A DNA stretch of 59,708 nt, filler included, from a candidate division WOR-3 bacterium (GCA_016934535.1; 4 parts of 4 records of this genome joined end to end with filler, not necessarily neighbours in it); one strand, 5' to 3'; shown: positions 1-10,291, counted from the first letter of the whole stretch. Notes: generated from the letters alone by a model not told the origin. Numbers and translations are program-made.

Positions 1-186
1 CCGTAGTATCTCATAACCTCTTTATCAGCGCATATACCAATGAATCCGCCTGCATCTTCGATTTTGGGTTTTCTCAACGAGAATTCTTTGTAATAAAAAA
101 GCATTTTTATCACATCCGTTTTTTTTAAGTTTTAATTTATTTTATTTCATCCGAATTTATTCAAGAAAAATATTTTCAGACGTAAG

Positions 187-825
187 TTAATAATGATTTC
201 GTAAAATGTAATAAATTGATTTTAGATTTTCAGCGTTTTTCTTTTGGTTTTCAATTAAGCTTAACTCTTTTTCCGCAATATTATTTTCTACGTACATTTT
301 TAGTTTTTTCTCCATACATGAAAAATAATCATTTAGCCATACATCTTCCGATATTTCAATGATCCCCAGCAAGCTCAAATGATTGTTTCTGAAATGTCTT
401 CTTTTCATAGGGTCGTCTCTGAATTCATCATGGATGATTAAAAAACCGCCATTTTTTAAATATTTCAGAAGAGTTTCAAGTCCTTTGTAAAAACCGATTG
501 CGTTCAACAATCCTTCCGCTAAAATAATATCGAATTTGAAATTGAACAATCCAGGTCTTAATATCGAGTTATCAATGATTTTTATCCTGTCATTCAGCTT
601 TTTTTCAGATACTATTTTTCTGAACCATTTTATACTTTCCTCATCATTGTCAACGGCATAGATTACTCCGTCTGTATATTCTATGATGGAGAGGGCGGGA
701 ACTCCGGTGCCTGATCCGGCATCCAATATCAGAGGTTTTTTAATTTCGGGTATTTTTTGGAATGCTTTTTTTGTATATTTGTTGAGGTTTTTTCTGCATT
801 CGTCTTTGATTTCAAATAAATTCAT
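187..825 (-). CDS. Class I SAM-dependent methyltransferase
   Basis: Motif I ILDAGSGTG, acidic AVDND, FDIILAEG, and LKNGGFL. Confidence 0.85.
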   Translation of the reverse strand: MNLFEIKDECRKNLNKYTKKAFQKIPEIKKPLILDAGSGTGVPALSIIEYTDGVIYAVDNDEESIKWFRKIVSEKKLNDRIKIIDNSILRPGLFNFKFDIILAEGLLNAIGFYKGLETLLKYLKNGGFLIIHDEFRDDPMKRRHFRNNHLSLLGIIEISEDVWLNDYFSCMEKKLKMYVENNIAEKELSLIENQKKNAENLKSIYYILRNHY

Positions 826-1006
826 CGCGTTTTTCCCTTCCTTTATCAGTTTTCATTTAAACAGAGCCTGAATGCTCGAAATCGTCGCCGGTAATCAGGT
901 GAGACCTTTGTTCAATTGCTTTTATTCAACATGCAAAGCAAGTGAGTTTGTCGGTTTATGCATTTGAAGTCAAACAAACACATAATTGTCTTCAGGCAGT
1001 TTAAAC

Positions 1007-1894
1007 TCACTTCATTATTGCGGACATGATAGTTACGGTTGATTCTTCGCCTTTGAGAGGGAAAAAATCACCGGCCATTCGTGCCAAACCTCTAAAAATA
1101 GTATTTGTTTTTATGTCTGTAAAGTCCGCTTCTGCAAAATGCCGGGTAATCCGATCAACTGTTGCTAAATCAGCGGTTCCCATTTTTTCGCTCAATCTAA
1201 CGGTCCGGCTGTTTTCCCCATACAGCAATTCAACTGCAGTAAATTTACCGGTACGTTTCAAAACCCGTTTTACTTCATATAAAACACTTTTCCCGTTTTC
1301 AGCGTTTCCGAATCCGGCAAAAGTCGAAATTAAATCTGCAGAATCATCTTTTACGGGTAAATTCCTAACGTCACAAACACAGTAAACAAAATCGCAGTCA
1401 GTTGCAATTTTGTTCAGTCTCTCCTGGTTTTTTGTTTGAGCCGTCCTGCTTAAATCAGTGAGGATAATGGTTTTATCCGATAATTTTGAATAGTCCATTT
1501 CGTCGTTGAACAAAGAACCTGTCCCGCAGCAAACATCAATTATTGTTTTATTATAAGGATTGTAATATCCATTCCGGATCATCGAAAGCCCTGTTCCTAT
1601 GGCTTTCATAAGTTGATCAACATTAAGATTACAACCTATATTTTCACAGTCTTCCCTTGTTAAATAATTTTCCGATATAAGCTGGTCGAACCATTTTTCA
1701 GTTCTTTCAGCTTCAGTTGATCCGCTCCAGTTGTTGAAATGCTCCTGTTCCCTGACATTAAAGTCTATGAGATTATCCTGATATTCGAACTTTTCTCCGC
1801 ATCCCCCGCACTGCAATTCTTGTTTGTTAATGATTTTTATTTCGTTTTTGCATTTGGGACAGCAAAGAATGCCAGTAGCCTTTTCAACATCCAT
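1007..1894 (-). CDS. SAM methyltransferase with N-terminal Trm112-like Zn ribbon
   Basis: N-terminal CCPKC...CGGC; IIDVCCGTG; CDVRNLP; EVKRVLKRTG; GGAG SD upstream. Confidence 0.8.
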   Translation of the reverse strand: MDVEKATGILCCPKCKNEIKIINKQELQCGGCGEKFEYQDNLIDFNVREQEHFNNWSGSTEAERTEKWFDQLISENYLTREDCENIGCNLNVDQLMKAIGTGLSMIRNGYYNPYNKTIIDVCCGTGSLFNDEMDYSKLSDKTIILTDLSRTAQTKNQERLNKIATDCDFVYCVCDVRNLPVKDDSADLISTFAGFGNAENGKSVLYEVKRVLKRTGKFTAVELLYGENSRTVRLSEKMGTADLATVDRITRHFAEADFTDIKTNTIFRGLARMAGDFFPLKGEESTVTIMSAIMK

Positions 1895-2005
1895 AGTGGT
1901 TTCTCCTTTTCATAAATCATAACCTTTATAGCTTTCTGTCACTAATACGATTATTGTAATCGGAATTGTCTCTGCCAAAATTGAAAATCACTTTCTCAAG
2001 ATAAA

Positions 2006-2158
2006 TCATTCGTGAAAAATATCCATTTCATATTGAATGATTTCAGGCACAATTTCGGCCTTGTATTTGCAATTATTAAGGGGTGAAAGCGCGTAAGCAT
2101 CGAGTAACAATTCATAGAGGATGCCTTTTTGGTGACGCTTAATGCCGATTAATTTCAT
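2006..2158 (-). pseudogene. Short 50-aa ORF, probable truncated N-terminus of a GNAT-like gene
   Basis: Translated by hand: MKLIGIKRHQKGILYELLLDAYALS...IFHE*. It lies in the same minus-strand gene run. The family call is from memory only. Confidence 0.3.
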
Positions 2159-2189
2159 GGTTCATGCAATTGTCTGATCTATTGTATTT

Positions 2190-2702
2190 TCAAAACCAGG
2201 TTTTATTTTTGTATTCACGGTATTTTGGATCTTTTTTTTCTAATTCATTCTCTTCCAATATTTTCCAGTGAATTATAAATGATATCCAGATTACTGAAGA
2301 TAAGAGAGTGATCGTGCTCTGAAGAAATAATGGAAAACCGACCAACCAAATAATAAAACCTAAATACATCGGATTCCTGATTTTTGAATAAATACCGCTT
2401 GTAACAGTTTTACCTGTTTTGTCTTCCTTTAATTTCATGTTTGAAAATAAAAATAGCAGAATACCCGTGATAAATAACAATAAACCGGTACACCTTAACC
2501 AAACCGGAACGTTAATTTTCAGAGGATCAAAAAAACACATTTGAAACCAGGAAAACCATAAAAAAGCCATAATTACATATATAAAAAAAATTATTTTTTT
2601 GTTCTGAGATAATGGATGATTCTTGTAATGCAAAATGTTGAATATTGTTCTCAATAGAAAACAGAAAAAACAAACTGAACTCAAAACAATAAATACAGAC
2701 AT
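2190..2702 (-). CDS. Isoprenylcysteine carboxyl methyltransferase / PEMT family membrane protein
   Basis: Multiple TM helices; VTSGIYSKIRNPMYLG; EENEL...Y..YK motifs. Confidence 0.85.
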   Translation of the reverse strand: MSVFIVLSSVCFFCFLLRTIFNILHYKNHPLSQNKKIIFFIYVIMAFLWFSWFQMCFFDPLKINVPVWLRCTGLLLFITGILLFLFSNMKLKEDKTGKTVTSGIYSKIRNPMYLGFIIWLVGFPLFLQSTITLLSSVIWISFIIHWKILEENELEKKDPKYREYKNKTWF

Positions 2703-2764
2703 TATTCAACTCCGGAAAAAGACGGCGACGTGCGAGCTAAGTTTGAATAACTTGGGCAATTTTC

Positions 2765-3172
2765 CTAATTCCAGATAGACCTGTGGATTTTCCAGGATCC
2801 GTTTTTTTGACGTTTCAATATCCTCATTATCATGCCGCCGCTGGAGATTTCTTTTCCTTTAACTATTGGAACGGCTTTACCTCTGTAGGATCCCCATTCG
2901 AAGGCATAATCACCGATGACATTAATTTCTATAAAATCGTGATCGTATTCTGTTATTTTATAATCCTTTGATTGTTCAAAATTATAAACAAGCATTTTTT
3001 TAAGTTCTTCGATACCCTCAATTATTTTACCATCGGGCTGAATGAGAATACCGTCAACCGTAAAAAGAGACAAAAGAGTTTCCGCGTCCTTATTAATTGA
3101 AGCTGTCTTGTCTTTTTTATGAAGTAATTTTATGGCTTCAAAATCAGAATTCGTTAAATTATTTATTTTCAA
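2765..3172 (-). CDS. SnoaL/NTF2-like (DUF4440/YybH-type) protein
   Basis: LFTVDGILI...G; GDYAFEWGSY; C-terminal ILKRQKNGSWKIHR. Confidence 0.8.
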   Translation of the reverse strand: MKINNLTNSDFEAIKLLHKKDKTASINKDAETLLSLFTVDGILIQPDGKIIEGIEELKKMLVYNFEQSKDYKITEYDHDFIEINVIGDYAFEWGSYRGKAVPIVKGKEISSGGMIMRILKRQKNGSWKIHRSIWN

Positions 3173-3335
3173 AGTCTTTCTCCTTTTATTGTAGCCGAGT
3201 AATTTGATATTATACTATTTCGAAAGACACATTTGAATATCTTCCAATATTAAAATTTTGCTTGTTCTTATATTGACTTAAATTTATAATGAGCGCGATT
3301 GCATTTCATGCAAAACAAATCATAGATAGTTCCAA

Positions 3336-3442
3336 CTCTTCGAGTCGCTTTGCCTAAAGAGTGATCCACGGCGGGCGACCGGCAGACGGAAGTCTCGAGG
3401 GTGCGGCCGGAAACGTCTTCACCTCCCGCGTTCGGAAAGGAG
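3336..3442 (+). ncRNA. Molybdenum/tungsten cofactor (Moco/Wco) riboswitch aptamer
   Basis: Conserved elements CTCTTCGAG, GCCTAA..ACGG, AGGG, CG-GAAA-CG tetraloop, CCTCCC and GGAAAGGAG; P1 CTCTT/AGGAG and P2 GTCGCT/GGCGAC pair; directly upstream of a W/Mo ABC transporter. Confidence 0.88.
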
Positions 3443-3471
3443 AGAATGTCAATATTTGATTCAATAATACT

Positions 3472-3508
3472 GCACTTAGTATCCTTGTGGTGCCTTTTTT
3501 CTTTTTTT
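3472..3508 (+). terminator. Putative riboswitch expression-platform terminator
   Basis: Weak GCACT...GGTGC stem followed by long T runs, just before wtpB. Confidence 0.45.
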
Positions 3509-3522
3509 AGCGGGAAAGAGTC

Positions 3523-4344
3523 GTGAGCTTAAAGAAAAAAATGAAAAAAGCCGACATCATGACTCTTGTCTTTGTTGTACTTGGATTTTCAATGGCTATT
3601 TTCATCGCCGGACCGATTTTAAAATTATTGTTTTCATCTTCATTGGGAACCTTGCGCACCGCACTTTTGGAAAAATCAGTTTACAGTTCGATACTAATGA
3701 CGGCTTATTCCGCAGCTTTTGCGACAGTTATCGGATTGGTGTTCGGAGTTCCTCTTGCTTACCTGCTGGCGAGGAAGAATTTTATATGCAAAAGAATTGT
3801 CGAGGGACTTATTGACATTCCTGTCGTCATTCCCCATTCAGCGGCGGGAATAGCTCTCCTTTTCGTATTCGGAAGCAGATTCCTTACGGGCAGGTTTTTT
3901 AAATTTTTAGGCGTATCATTTTTCAACAGCATCGCAGGCGTAATTATTGCCATGTTGTTTGTCAGCATACCATTTCTCCTGAATGCCGCGAGGGAAGGTT
4001 TTGAGTCTGTTGACGTCAGACTCGAGAAAGTAGCGAGGACTCTCGGCGCGTCGCCCTGGCAGACATTTTTCAGGATATCTCTTCCGCTGGCGTGGAGAAG
4101 TATTTTGTCTGGCTCGATAATGATGTGGGCGAGAGGAGCAAGCGAGTTCGGTGCGGTACTCGTATTGGCTTATCACGTAAATTTTTTCGGAAATTACGCA
4201 TGCGTGACTCCGATTCTCGTTGCTGACAGATTTAATTCGTTCGGACTTGAATATGCCCGGCCTGTGACGGCGATAGTCATATTGATTTCTCTGCTCTGTT
4301 TTATTCTTTTGCGTGTTCTGGCTCGCCACAGGAAAACCAAGTGA
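3523..4344 (+). CDS. wtpB: Tungstate/molybdate ABC transporter permease
   Basis: IDIPVVIPH, the EAA-loop equivalent VARTLGAS, WARGASEFGA. Confidence 0.85.
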   Translation: MSLKKKMKKADIMTLVFVVLGFSMAIFIAGPILKLLFSSSLGTLRTALLEKSVYSSILMTAYSAAFATVIGLVFGVPLAYLLARKNFICKRIVEGLIDIPVVIPHSAAGIALLFVFGSRFLTGRFFKFLGVSFFNSIAGVIIAMLFVSIPFLLNAAREGFESVDVRLEKVARTLGASPWQTFFRISLPLAWRSILSGSIMMWARGASEFGAVLVLAYHVNFFGNYACVTPILVADRFNSFGLEYARPVTAIVILISLLCFILLRVLARHRKTK

Positions 4345-5387
4345 TTGAAATAAAAGGATTGAAAATTGACTTGGGCAATTTCGTCCTGAGGGATATTGAT
4401 CTTCAGATAGAAAGAGGGGAATACTTCATTGTCCTCGGGCCGACGGGGGCTGGAAAATCGGTTTTACTCGAAGCGATAGCAGGCCTGTATCCGGTTCTCG
4501 AAGGAAAGATAATTATTGACGGCAGAGACGTAACGGAACTTTCTCCGGAAAAAAGAAAAATCGGTATCGTCTATCAGGATTATTCGCTTTTCCCTCACAT
4601 GTCCGCCGCGGAAAACATAGCCTTCGGACTTAAAGTCAGAAGAACTCCCGGAAAGAAGATAAAAGAAAAGATAAATAATATGGCCGCAATGACTCACATA
4701 AAAGATCTGCTCGATAGAAAGCCGGACACGCTGAGCGGAGGTGAAAAACAAAAAATCGCCTTGGCAAGAGCTCTCGTCACCGATCCGGACATTCTTCTGC
4801 TCGACGAACCTCTGAGCGCCCTGGACCCCAGCACACGCGAAAAAATGAGAGATTTTCTTGAAGAACTTCATGAAGAGCTCAAAGTCACTATTATTCACGT
4901 CACGCACGATTTTGAAGAGGCGGCAGTACTCGGCGACAGAGTGACTGTTATAAACAACGGTGTCATAGTTCAGACTGGCAGACCTGATTATATTATGCGT
5001 CATCCCAAGACGGAGTTTGTAGCTGATTTTGCCCTTTCAAGAAATATTTTCAGGGGAAAAGCGAGATTCAAGCAGGACGGTTTTGCCGAAATTGAAATAA
5101 ATGGCCATAAAATCAACGCAGTGACTGAAAAGACCGGCGATGTCAGAGTTACACTTAGGCCGGAAGAGATTATAATTTCAAGGGAAAAGCTCGTTTCAAC
5201 AGCCCGGAATTGCCTCAAGGGAATCGTCCGGGAGATTTCACACAGAGGCTCATACGCATATGTCACAGTGTCGGCTGGGCAGGATTTTGTGTGCATGGTA
5301 ACAAACACGGCTTTAGAAGAATTGGAGCTTAAAAAAAATAATGAAGCTTGGATAATCTTTAAAGCTTCAGCAGTTCATGTATTTTAA
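4341..5387 (+). CDS. wtpC: Tungstate/molybdate ABC transporter ATPase with C-terminal TOBE domains
   Basis: GPTGAGKS, LSGGEKQ, LLLDEP; C-terminal STARNCLKG...IFKASAVH (TOBE/mop). Confidence 0.88.
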   Translation: MIEIKGLKIDLGNFVLRDIDLQIERGEYFIVLGPTGAGKSVLLEAIAGLYPVLEGKIIIDGRDVTELSPEKRKIGIVYQDYSLFPHMSAAENIAFGLKVRRTPGKKIKEKINNMAAMTHIKDLLDRKPDTLSGGEKQKIALARALVTDPDILLLDEPLSALDPSTREKMRDFLEELHEELKVTIIHVTHDFEEAAVLGDRVTVINNGVIVQTGRPDYIMRHPKTEFVADFALSRNIFRGKARFKQDGFAEIEINGHKINAVTEKTGDVRVTLRPEEIIISREKLVSTARNCLKGIVREISHRGSYAYVTVSAGQDFVCMVTNTALEELELKKNNEAWIIFKASAVHVF

Positions 5388-5399
5388 AAAGGAGGTCAA

Positions 5400-6524
5400 G
5401 TGAAAGGGAAAATCGGAAAAGTCGCAACAATCCTGGCAGTGTTTGGATTGACACTTGCTTTTTTTCAGGGGTGCAGTAAACCGCAGCCCAGGGAAGCTGA
5501 AAACACCTGCACTGTTCTGAGTATTTATCACGCCGGTAGCCTTTCAGTACCATTTGAAGGACTAAAAGCTGAATTTTTAAACACTCATTCCGGCAAGGAA
5601 GTTCTCATTGAATCGGGAGGAAGCGCGGGTCTGATAAACAAGATAATATCCGTAATAGAAGCAGGGGAAACACCTCCGGATATTATTGCGTCTGCGGACT
5701 ACAATCTTATTCCCAAAAGGCTTTACGACAAAGGCTACGCCAGCTGGTACATAGCTTTCGCAAGGAATGAACTGGTTCTGTGTTACCGTGACGGAGCTCC
5801 AGGTTCCGAAGATATTATAAATGGAACCCGCACTTGGTACGACGTCCTAAGAAACGATGCTGTCACGTACGGTCACAGCAATCCCGATGACGATCCTTGC
5901 GGTTACAGGTCTTTGATGGTTATTCAGCTGGCAGAATTAGTCTATTTCGAGAATGCTTTCGATTTCGGCCTCGACGCAGATTCTAACGCCAACATGCTTT
6001 ATGATGTTTTGATAGCCGGTGACGATAGTCTTAAGGGAAGAGTCGGAGGTAAAAATGAGATTCTCAGACCCGGAGGGAGTGAGGAGGTTGTCAGATCAAA
6101 ATCAGTCGACCTGATAAGCTCACTGCAGTCCGGAGACCTCGACTATGCTTTTGAATACCGTTCAGTCGCAGTTCAGCACAGCCTAAACTATTTCGATCTT
6201 CATTCCGCTATAAATCTCGGTTCGATAGGCCAAGTCGAAGGTAACGAATTCACGTACGAAGATTTTTACAAAAAAGCCGTTGTAAAAATACTGACCCAGG
6301 TCGACCCGGAAATAGCCTATACCGAAATTGTCGGAGAACCTGTGGTTTACGGAATTTCAATAATCAAGGGCGGAAAAGGTGAATATCTTGCCGTCGAGTT
6401 TATAAAACTTCTTTTGTCTGAAAAAGGTCAGCAGTTGATGGAAGAGAGCGGTCAGCCGTTCCTGTCACCTTTTTTATGCGATCATCCTGAAAACCTGCCC
6501 GAAGATTTGAAAGACCTTTTCTAA
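5400..6524 (+). CDS. wtpA: WtpA-type tungstate/molybdate-binding lipoprotein
   Basis: Lipobox FQGC; HAGSL, ASADY, DPCGYRS and DYAFEYRSVA motifs typical of WtpA. Confidence 0.85.
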   Translation: MKGKIGKVATILAVFGLTLAFFQGCSKPQPREAENTCTVLSIYHAGSLSVPFEGLKAEFLNTHSGKEVLIESGGSAGLINKIISVIEAGETPPDIIASADYNLIPKRLYDKGYASWYIAFARNELVLCYRDGAPGSEDIINGTRTWYDVLRNDAVTYGHSNPDDDPCGYRSLMVIQLAELVYFENAFDFGLDADSNANMLYDVLIAGDDSLKGRVGGKNEILRPGGSEEVVRSKSVDLISSLQSGDLDYAFEYRSVAVQHSLNYFDLHSAINLGSIGQVEGNEFTYEDFYKKAVVKILTQVDPEIAYTEIVGEPVVYGISIIKGGKGEYLAVEFIKLLLSEKGQQLMEESGQPFLSPFLCDHPENLPEDLKDLF

Positions 6525-6535
6525 GTGTTAAAACC

Positions 6536-6560
6536 GGGGATTGTCATGATGACAATCCCC
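6536..6560. terminator. Strong inverted repeat after the wtp operon (terminator or mRNA-stabilising hairpin)
   Basis: GGGGATTGTCAT-G-ATGACAATCCCC; no clear U tract. Confidence 0.6.
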
Positions 6561-6762
6561 CCATATTTAACTGACTACAGGTCTTCTTGCTGTGATTTTT
6601 TTCTTTAAAAGTTTCAGGCCATACTCGTCGTTTTCGACGGCGTAAATCAAACAGTCGCGATACCCGATAATTTCCATCAGATTGATTAATAGAATATTAA
6701 ACGGTTTCTGATAAACTTATTGCTTATTTCTGAAAGACAATTTAAAAAAGCGAGCTGTAAGT

Positions 6763-7203
6763 TTGGAAATCATATCCATAGTAATAGGTCTGGTTTTGAT
6801 TTTGATAGGTTCAGTTCATTCAGTATTCAGTTTATGGGATTTTAATAAAGACAAAGAGCTTATGAGAAAGGGCAGGAAGATCGTCGGAAGAGTTAAAGAA
6901 TCGGTGACTTACCCTCAGGAAGATGATGTAAACACAGGACAGCATAAATTAATGGCGGAATTTCTGGACAGCGCCGGAAGGACACAATGGGTCAAATCGA
7001 GATTTGCCACCCATTCTCCGGAATTATACATTAATAAAGAGGTCTACATTGTCTGTGATCCGGACAATCCTAAAAAAGCACGTTTTCTTGTTGATACAAG
7101 CCTTGTAAGGGAAGTTGTCGAAAACCTTGTAATCCTCATAATCGGCGTCGGACTATTTTTGTTCGGTGTAATCAGAATAGTATTCTTTAACGCCAGACCG
7201 TAA
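6763..7203 (+). CDS. DUF3592-like membrane protein
   Basis: N- and C-terminal TM helices flanking a soluble region with DPDNPKKAR. Confidence 0.6.
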   Translation: MEIISIVIGLVLILIGSVHSVFSLWDFNKDKELMRKGRKIVGRVKESVTYPQEDDVNTGQHKLMAEFLDSAGRTQWVKSRFATHSPELYINKEVYIVCDPDNPKKARFLVDTSLVREVVENLVILIIGVGLFLFGVIRIVFFNARP

Positions 7204-7216
7204 TCAACTTTTGCAG

Positions 7217-9199
7217 TTATTTTTCGGCTATCTGACTCGGGTGTTTAATGAAAAAATCCACCCTCGGTTCAAGATGCTTGAGTTCATGGTTATTAGGGTC
7301 TCTCATAAAAGAATACACCGGTTCGAATATGCGGTCCCAGCTCCAGAAACTGTCGTCCATTCGGAGATACTCCCGGATCATTTCCGTGCCTATAGGTGCA
7401 ATAGGATGCATGAGTACTGTTGCGGTACGGACCATGTGAAATGCGTCTATCAGGGTCTGGATCCGCAGAGAGTCGTCGTTGTTTAATTCCGCTTCCTTCA
7501 TGTTTTTTGACCAGAATTTGTTTATTCCGTGCAGATATGAATCCATAAGGTTTATAACTAAATGTAATTCGCATTTATGCATTCGGTTTTCGTATTCGAT
7601 AATTAATGAATTGGCATCTTCCATAACCTGAGCGCTCACATCACCGACGGGTATTTTACCGGAACTGTATTTCTGCGCGCCGTAAAAGCAAGAACGGGCG
7701 GCTCTGTTGAAAACGTTCGAAAGAAGATTGCCTTCTTTTAAAACGGGATCGCCTGCCGATTCGTTGGCGGCGGGATTGAGAGGTTTCGGTTTGAAGCCCA
7801 CGCTTCTCAAACCGAGACCCAGGCTCAGAAAGTGTGCTCTGAGCTGTTCAGGCGTGTAATAATTGAGCAGGTCTTCGGCGCTTGGGGGTTTTACGGCTCC
7901 GCTGCTGCTTGCTTTCTTGTCCAGAAACAGAATGTGGCTGTTGGCGATAATGTCAGGCATTTGCAATTGACCTTCATTGGGTGAAAGCTCGGGTTTTTTG
8001 CCCTGCATCCCTAAAAATATTGCCGTTTCGACCGGGCCGTAGAAATAGACATTGTCCTCTCCTATGAACTGATACACTTTTGAATCTTTTGAGCACCACC
8101 AGTATTTCCAAAATTCTTTATCCTTGTTTTGATTTTCGAGGTGGGTCATTGTAAACGAAATAGGAGCCCACAGGGATTCAGGCCACACCCAGACGGTCAG
8201 ACCTTCGAGCCCCTCGATAATAGGCGCGGGGACTCCCCATTCTGTGTTCCCTGTAATTCTGAAAGGAACAAGGGTTTTGCCGGTTCTAAAACGTATCGAA
8301 TGATCCCTGAGTACCGAACAGGCTTTTTCCCTTTTGTCCAATTTTTTAAAGACAATTCGTACAGGAAATTTGTCCCCGTCGTCTATCAGGTTATGTTCCG
8401 GCAGTTTATCCAAAATCGGGTCAAGTTTTTCCTTCTGGTCGCGCTTGATGTAAATTATTGGCGGTTCCAGAAACTCTTTGATGCTTTTGTCTACAAAAGG
8501 CCGCGCGTTAGGCCGTTCTTTGATACTATCGGTCCATTTTTCCAGCAAATCTTTGAACGCGGCAAGATCAAAATACCAGTTTTCAACGCCTTTCATTTCA
8601 GGCTTTTTACCAGAGAGAGTACTTTTCGGATCGATAAGATCAGAGGGCATGTACTGGTGGCCTATAGAGCATTCATCGGCGTAGGCCTTTTCGGATGAAC
8701 AACCTTCAATGGGACATTTGCCAATTACCTGCCTGCCGTTCAGGAAAACTCCGAACTCGGTGTCGAAGAATTGTGAGGTCGTCATTCTGATAAGATAACC
8801 GTTTGAATAAAGGGTGTTTATTATATAATCCGAAAAAATTTTGTGATTGGCGCCGGATTTTCCGAAACTTGAAGCGGCGTAAAGATTCAGGCTAATGTTG
8901 TATTTTTCCAGAACGGTTTTTTGCTTTTCGTGATTTGATTTCACGAAATCTTCTATAGTGCCCCGGAATTTACCTTCAGAGGACAGGCGTCTGAAGTCTT
9001 CCAGAATCGGCGAACCATAGCAATCGGTTCCCGAAACAAAGATGACGTTATTTTTACCGATTCTGTCCCTGAGGAATCTGGCGTAACAGTCGGCGTGGAC
9101 AAAAACTCCACCGATATGACCAAGGTGGAGTTCCTTGTTGCCGTAAGGCATTCCGGCGGTTATGACCGCCCGTTTTGGGAATTCAGGCCTTTCTTTCAA
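7217..9199 (-). CDS. metG: Methionine--tRNA ligase (divergent type)
   Basis: TAGMPYGN..LHLGH, VSGTDCYG, Zn knuckle CPIEGC...ECSIGH, WGVPAP, VWVWPE, FIGEDN, and KASSS at the KMSKS position. Confidence 0.85.
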   Translation of the reverse strand: MKERPEFPKRAVITAGMPYGNKELHLGHIGGVFVHADCYARFLRDRIGKNNVIFVSGTDCYGSPILEDFRRLSSEGKFRGTIEDFVKSNHEKQKTVLEKYNISLNLYAASSFGKSGANHKIFSDYIINTLYSNGYLIRMTTSQFFDTEFGVFLNGRQVIGKCPIEGCSSEKAYADECSIGHQYMPSDLIDPKSTLSGKKPEMKGVENWYFDLAAFKDLLEKWTDSIKERPNARPFVDKSIKEFLEPPIIYIKRDQKEKLDPILDKLPEHNLIDDGDKFPVRIVFKKLDKREKACSVLRDHSIRFRTGKTLVPFRITGNTEWGVPAPIIEGLEGLTVWVWPESLWAPISFTMTHLENQNKDKEFWKYWWCSKDSKVYQFIGEDNVYFYGPVETAIFLGMQGKKPELSPNEGQLQMPDIIANSHILFLDKKASSSGAVKPPSAEDLLNYYTPEQLRAHFLSLGLGLRSVGFKPKPLNPAANESAGDPVLKEGNLLSNVFNRAARSCFYGAQKYSSGKIPVGDVSAQVMEDANSLIIEYENRMHKCELHLVINLMDSYLHGINKFWSKNMKEAELNNDDSLRIQTLIDAFHMVRTATVLMHPIAPIGTEMIREYLRMDDSFWSWDRIFEPVYSFMRDPNNHELKHLEPRVDFFIKHPSQIAEK

Positions 9200-9312
9200 T
9201 TTGATTTCTTTCCGTTTGATGTTTTAGCTGTTTTTCTTAGAATCAATGAATAAAAATAGCAAATTTTACCGGAATAATAAAGTTTATTTAGTGATTCAAT
9301 TATTCGGGATTT

Positions 9313-9663
9313 TCAATTATTAGAGTTATTTTTTATTGCAATAAGAAAAAGACCTGTTACGAGGAGCAATGACACTATGGGCAGAACAGTATAATCAATG
9401 TATGACCATCTTATCATGTTGCGGCCCAGTTCGATTGCAGGGACCCTTCTTGCGGCGTAAAAACCTCTGCAATAAATCGAAGGAAGATGATGAAGCAGAC
9501 CCAAAATTGCTGAGATCAAAACAACTATAAAACCCGGATTTTTCTTTTTCTTCCAGCCAAGCGCACAGGCGATGACAATTCCTGAATAAACAAGGATTCT
9601 GAATAAGTATTGAGTCCATGTAAGAATTATCATCGTCATCATGGCCTGAGTCAAATCGGGCAT
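9313..9663 (-). CDS. Hypothetical membrane protein
   Basis: About three hydrophobic segments; AAGGAG SD before the ATG at 9663. Confidence 0.55.
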   Translation of the reverse strand: MPDLTQAMMTMIILTWTQYLFRILVYSGIVIACALGWKKKKNPGFIVVLISAILGLLHHLPSIYCRGFYAARRVPAIELGRNMIRWSYIDYTVLPIVSLLLVTGLFLIAIKNNSNN

Positions 9664-9696
9664 AAAGACTCCTTGTTTCAAAAATTTATAGTTTTG

Positions 9697-10179
9697 TCAT
9701 TCCATTGTATTGAGTTTTTTTATCAGTTCAGCGACCCTCTGACCCAGCCTTCTGCACTGCTTCTCAGTCCTTTCATCAGGCGAATTAATCGCCACCGGTC
9801 CGTAGTGATCGCCTTTCCAGTCACCCTGTACAATCATTCCGTGTATGAGCATGGCGTTGATAATGTCCGTGATTGTAGTTTCGTTTCCGCCGGCAATATT
9901 GGCGCTCGAAGAAAAAGCCGCTCCGACTTTTCCGTCGAGTTTTCCGTGAAGTACGATAGAGTCGTCGAATAGTTTTTTGACCGGAGAAGCCATGGAGCCG
10001 TAATAAACCGGAGATCCGACTATTATTGCGTCGTAATTGACGAGTTCTTCAGCAGTGACTTCATCCACCGGTTTTATCTCAACCAATACACCGCCGTTTT
10101 TCAAACCTTCTTCGATGTAACCGGTCATATTTTTGGTGTTGCCGGTTCTGCTGTAATAGACGATAAGTGCTTTCGGCAT
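9697..10179 (-). CDS. Flavodoxin / WrbA-like NAD(P)H-dependent oxidoreductase
   Basis: VYYSRTGNT, GSPVYYG, LDGKVGAAFSS, GGNETT; GAGGAG SD before the ATG at 10179. Confidence 0.85.
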   Translation of the reverse strand: MPKALIVYYSRTGNTKNMTGYIEEGLKNGGVLVEIKPVDEVTAEELVNYDAIIVGSPVYYGSMASPVKKLFDDSIVLHGKLDGKVGAAFSSSANIAGGNETTITDIINAMLIHGMIVQGDWKGDHYGPVAINSPDERTEKQCRRLGQRVAELIKKLNTME

Positions 10180-10291
10180 TTTTATCTCCTCAGGTTTTGT
10201 TTTTATACATGATTTTAACAACGATTCTGTATTATACTATTTTAGTCTTAACTTGCCATCATGATGGAAGGCGGTTTGTTATGTGTAACAC

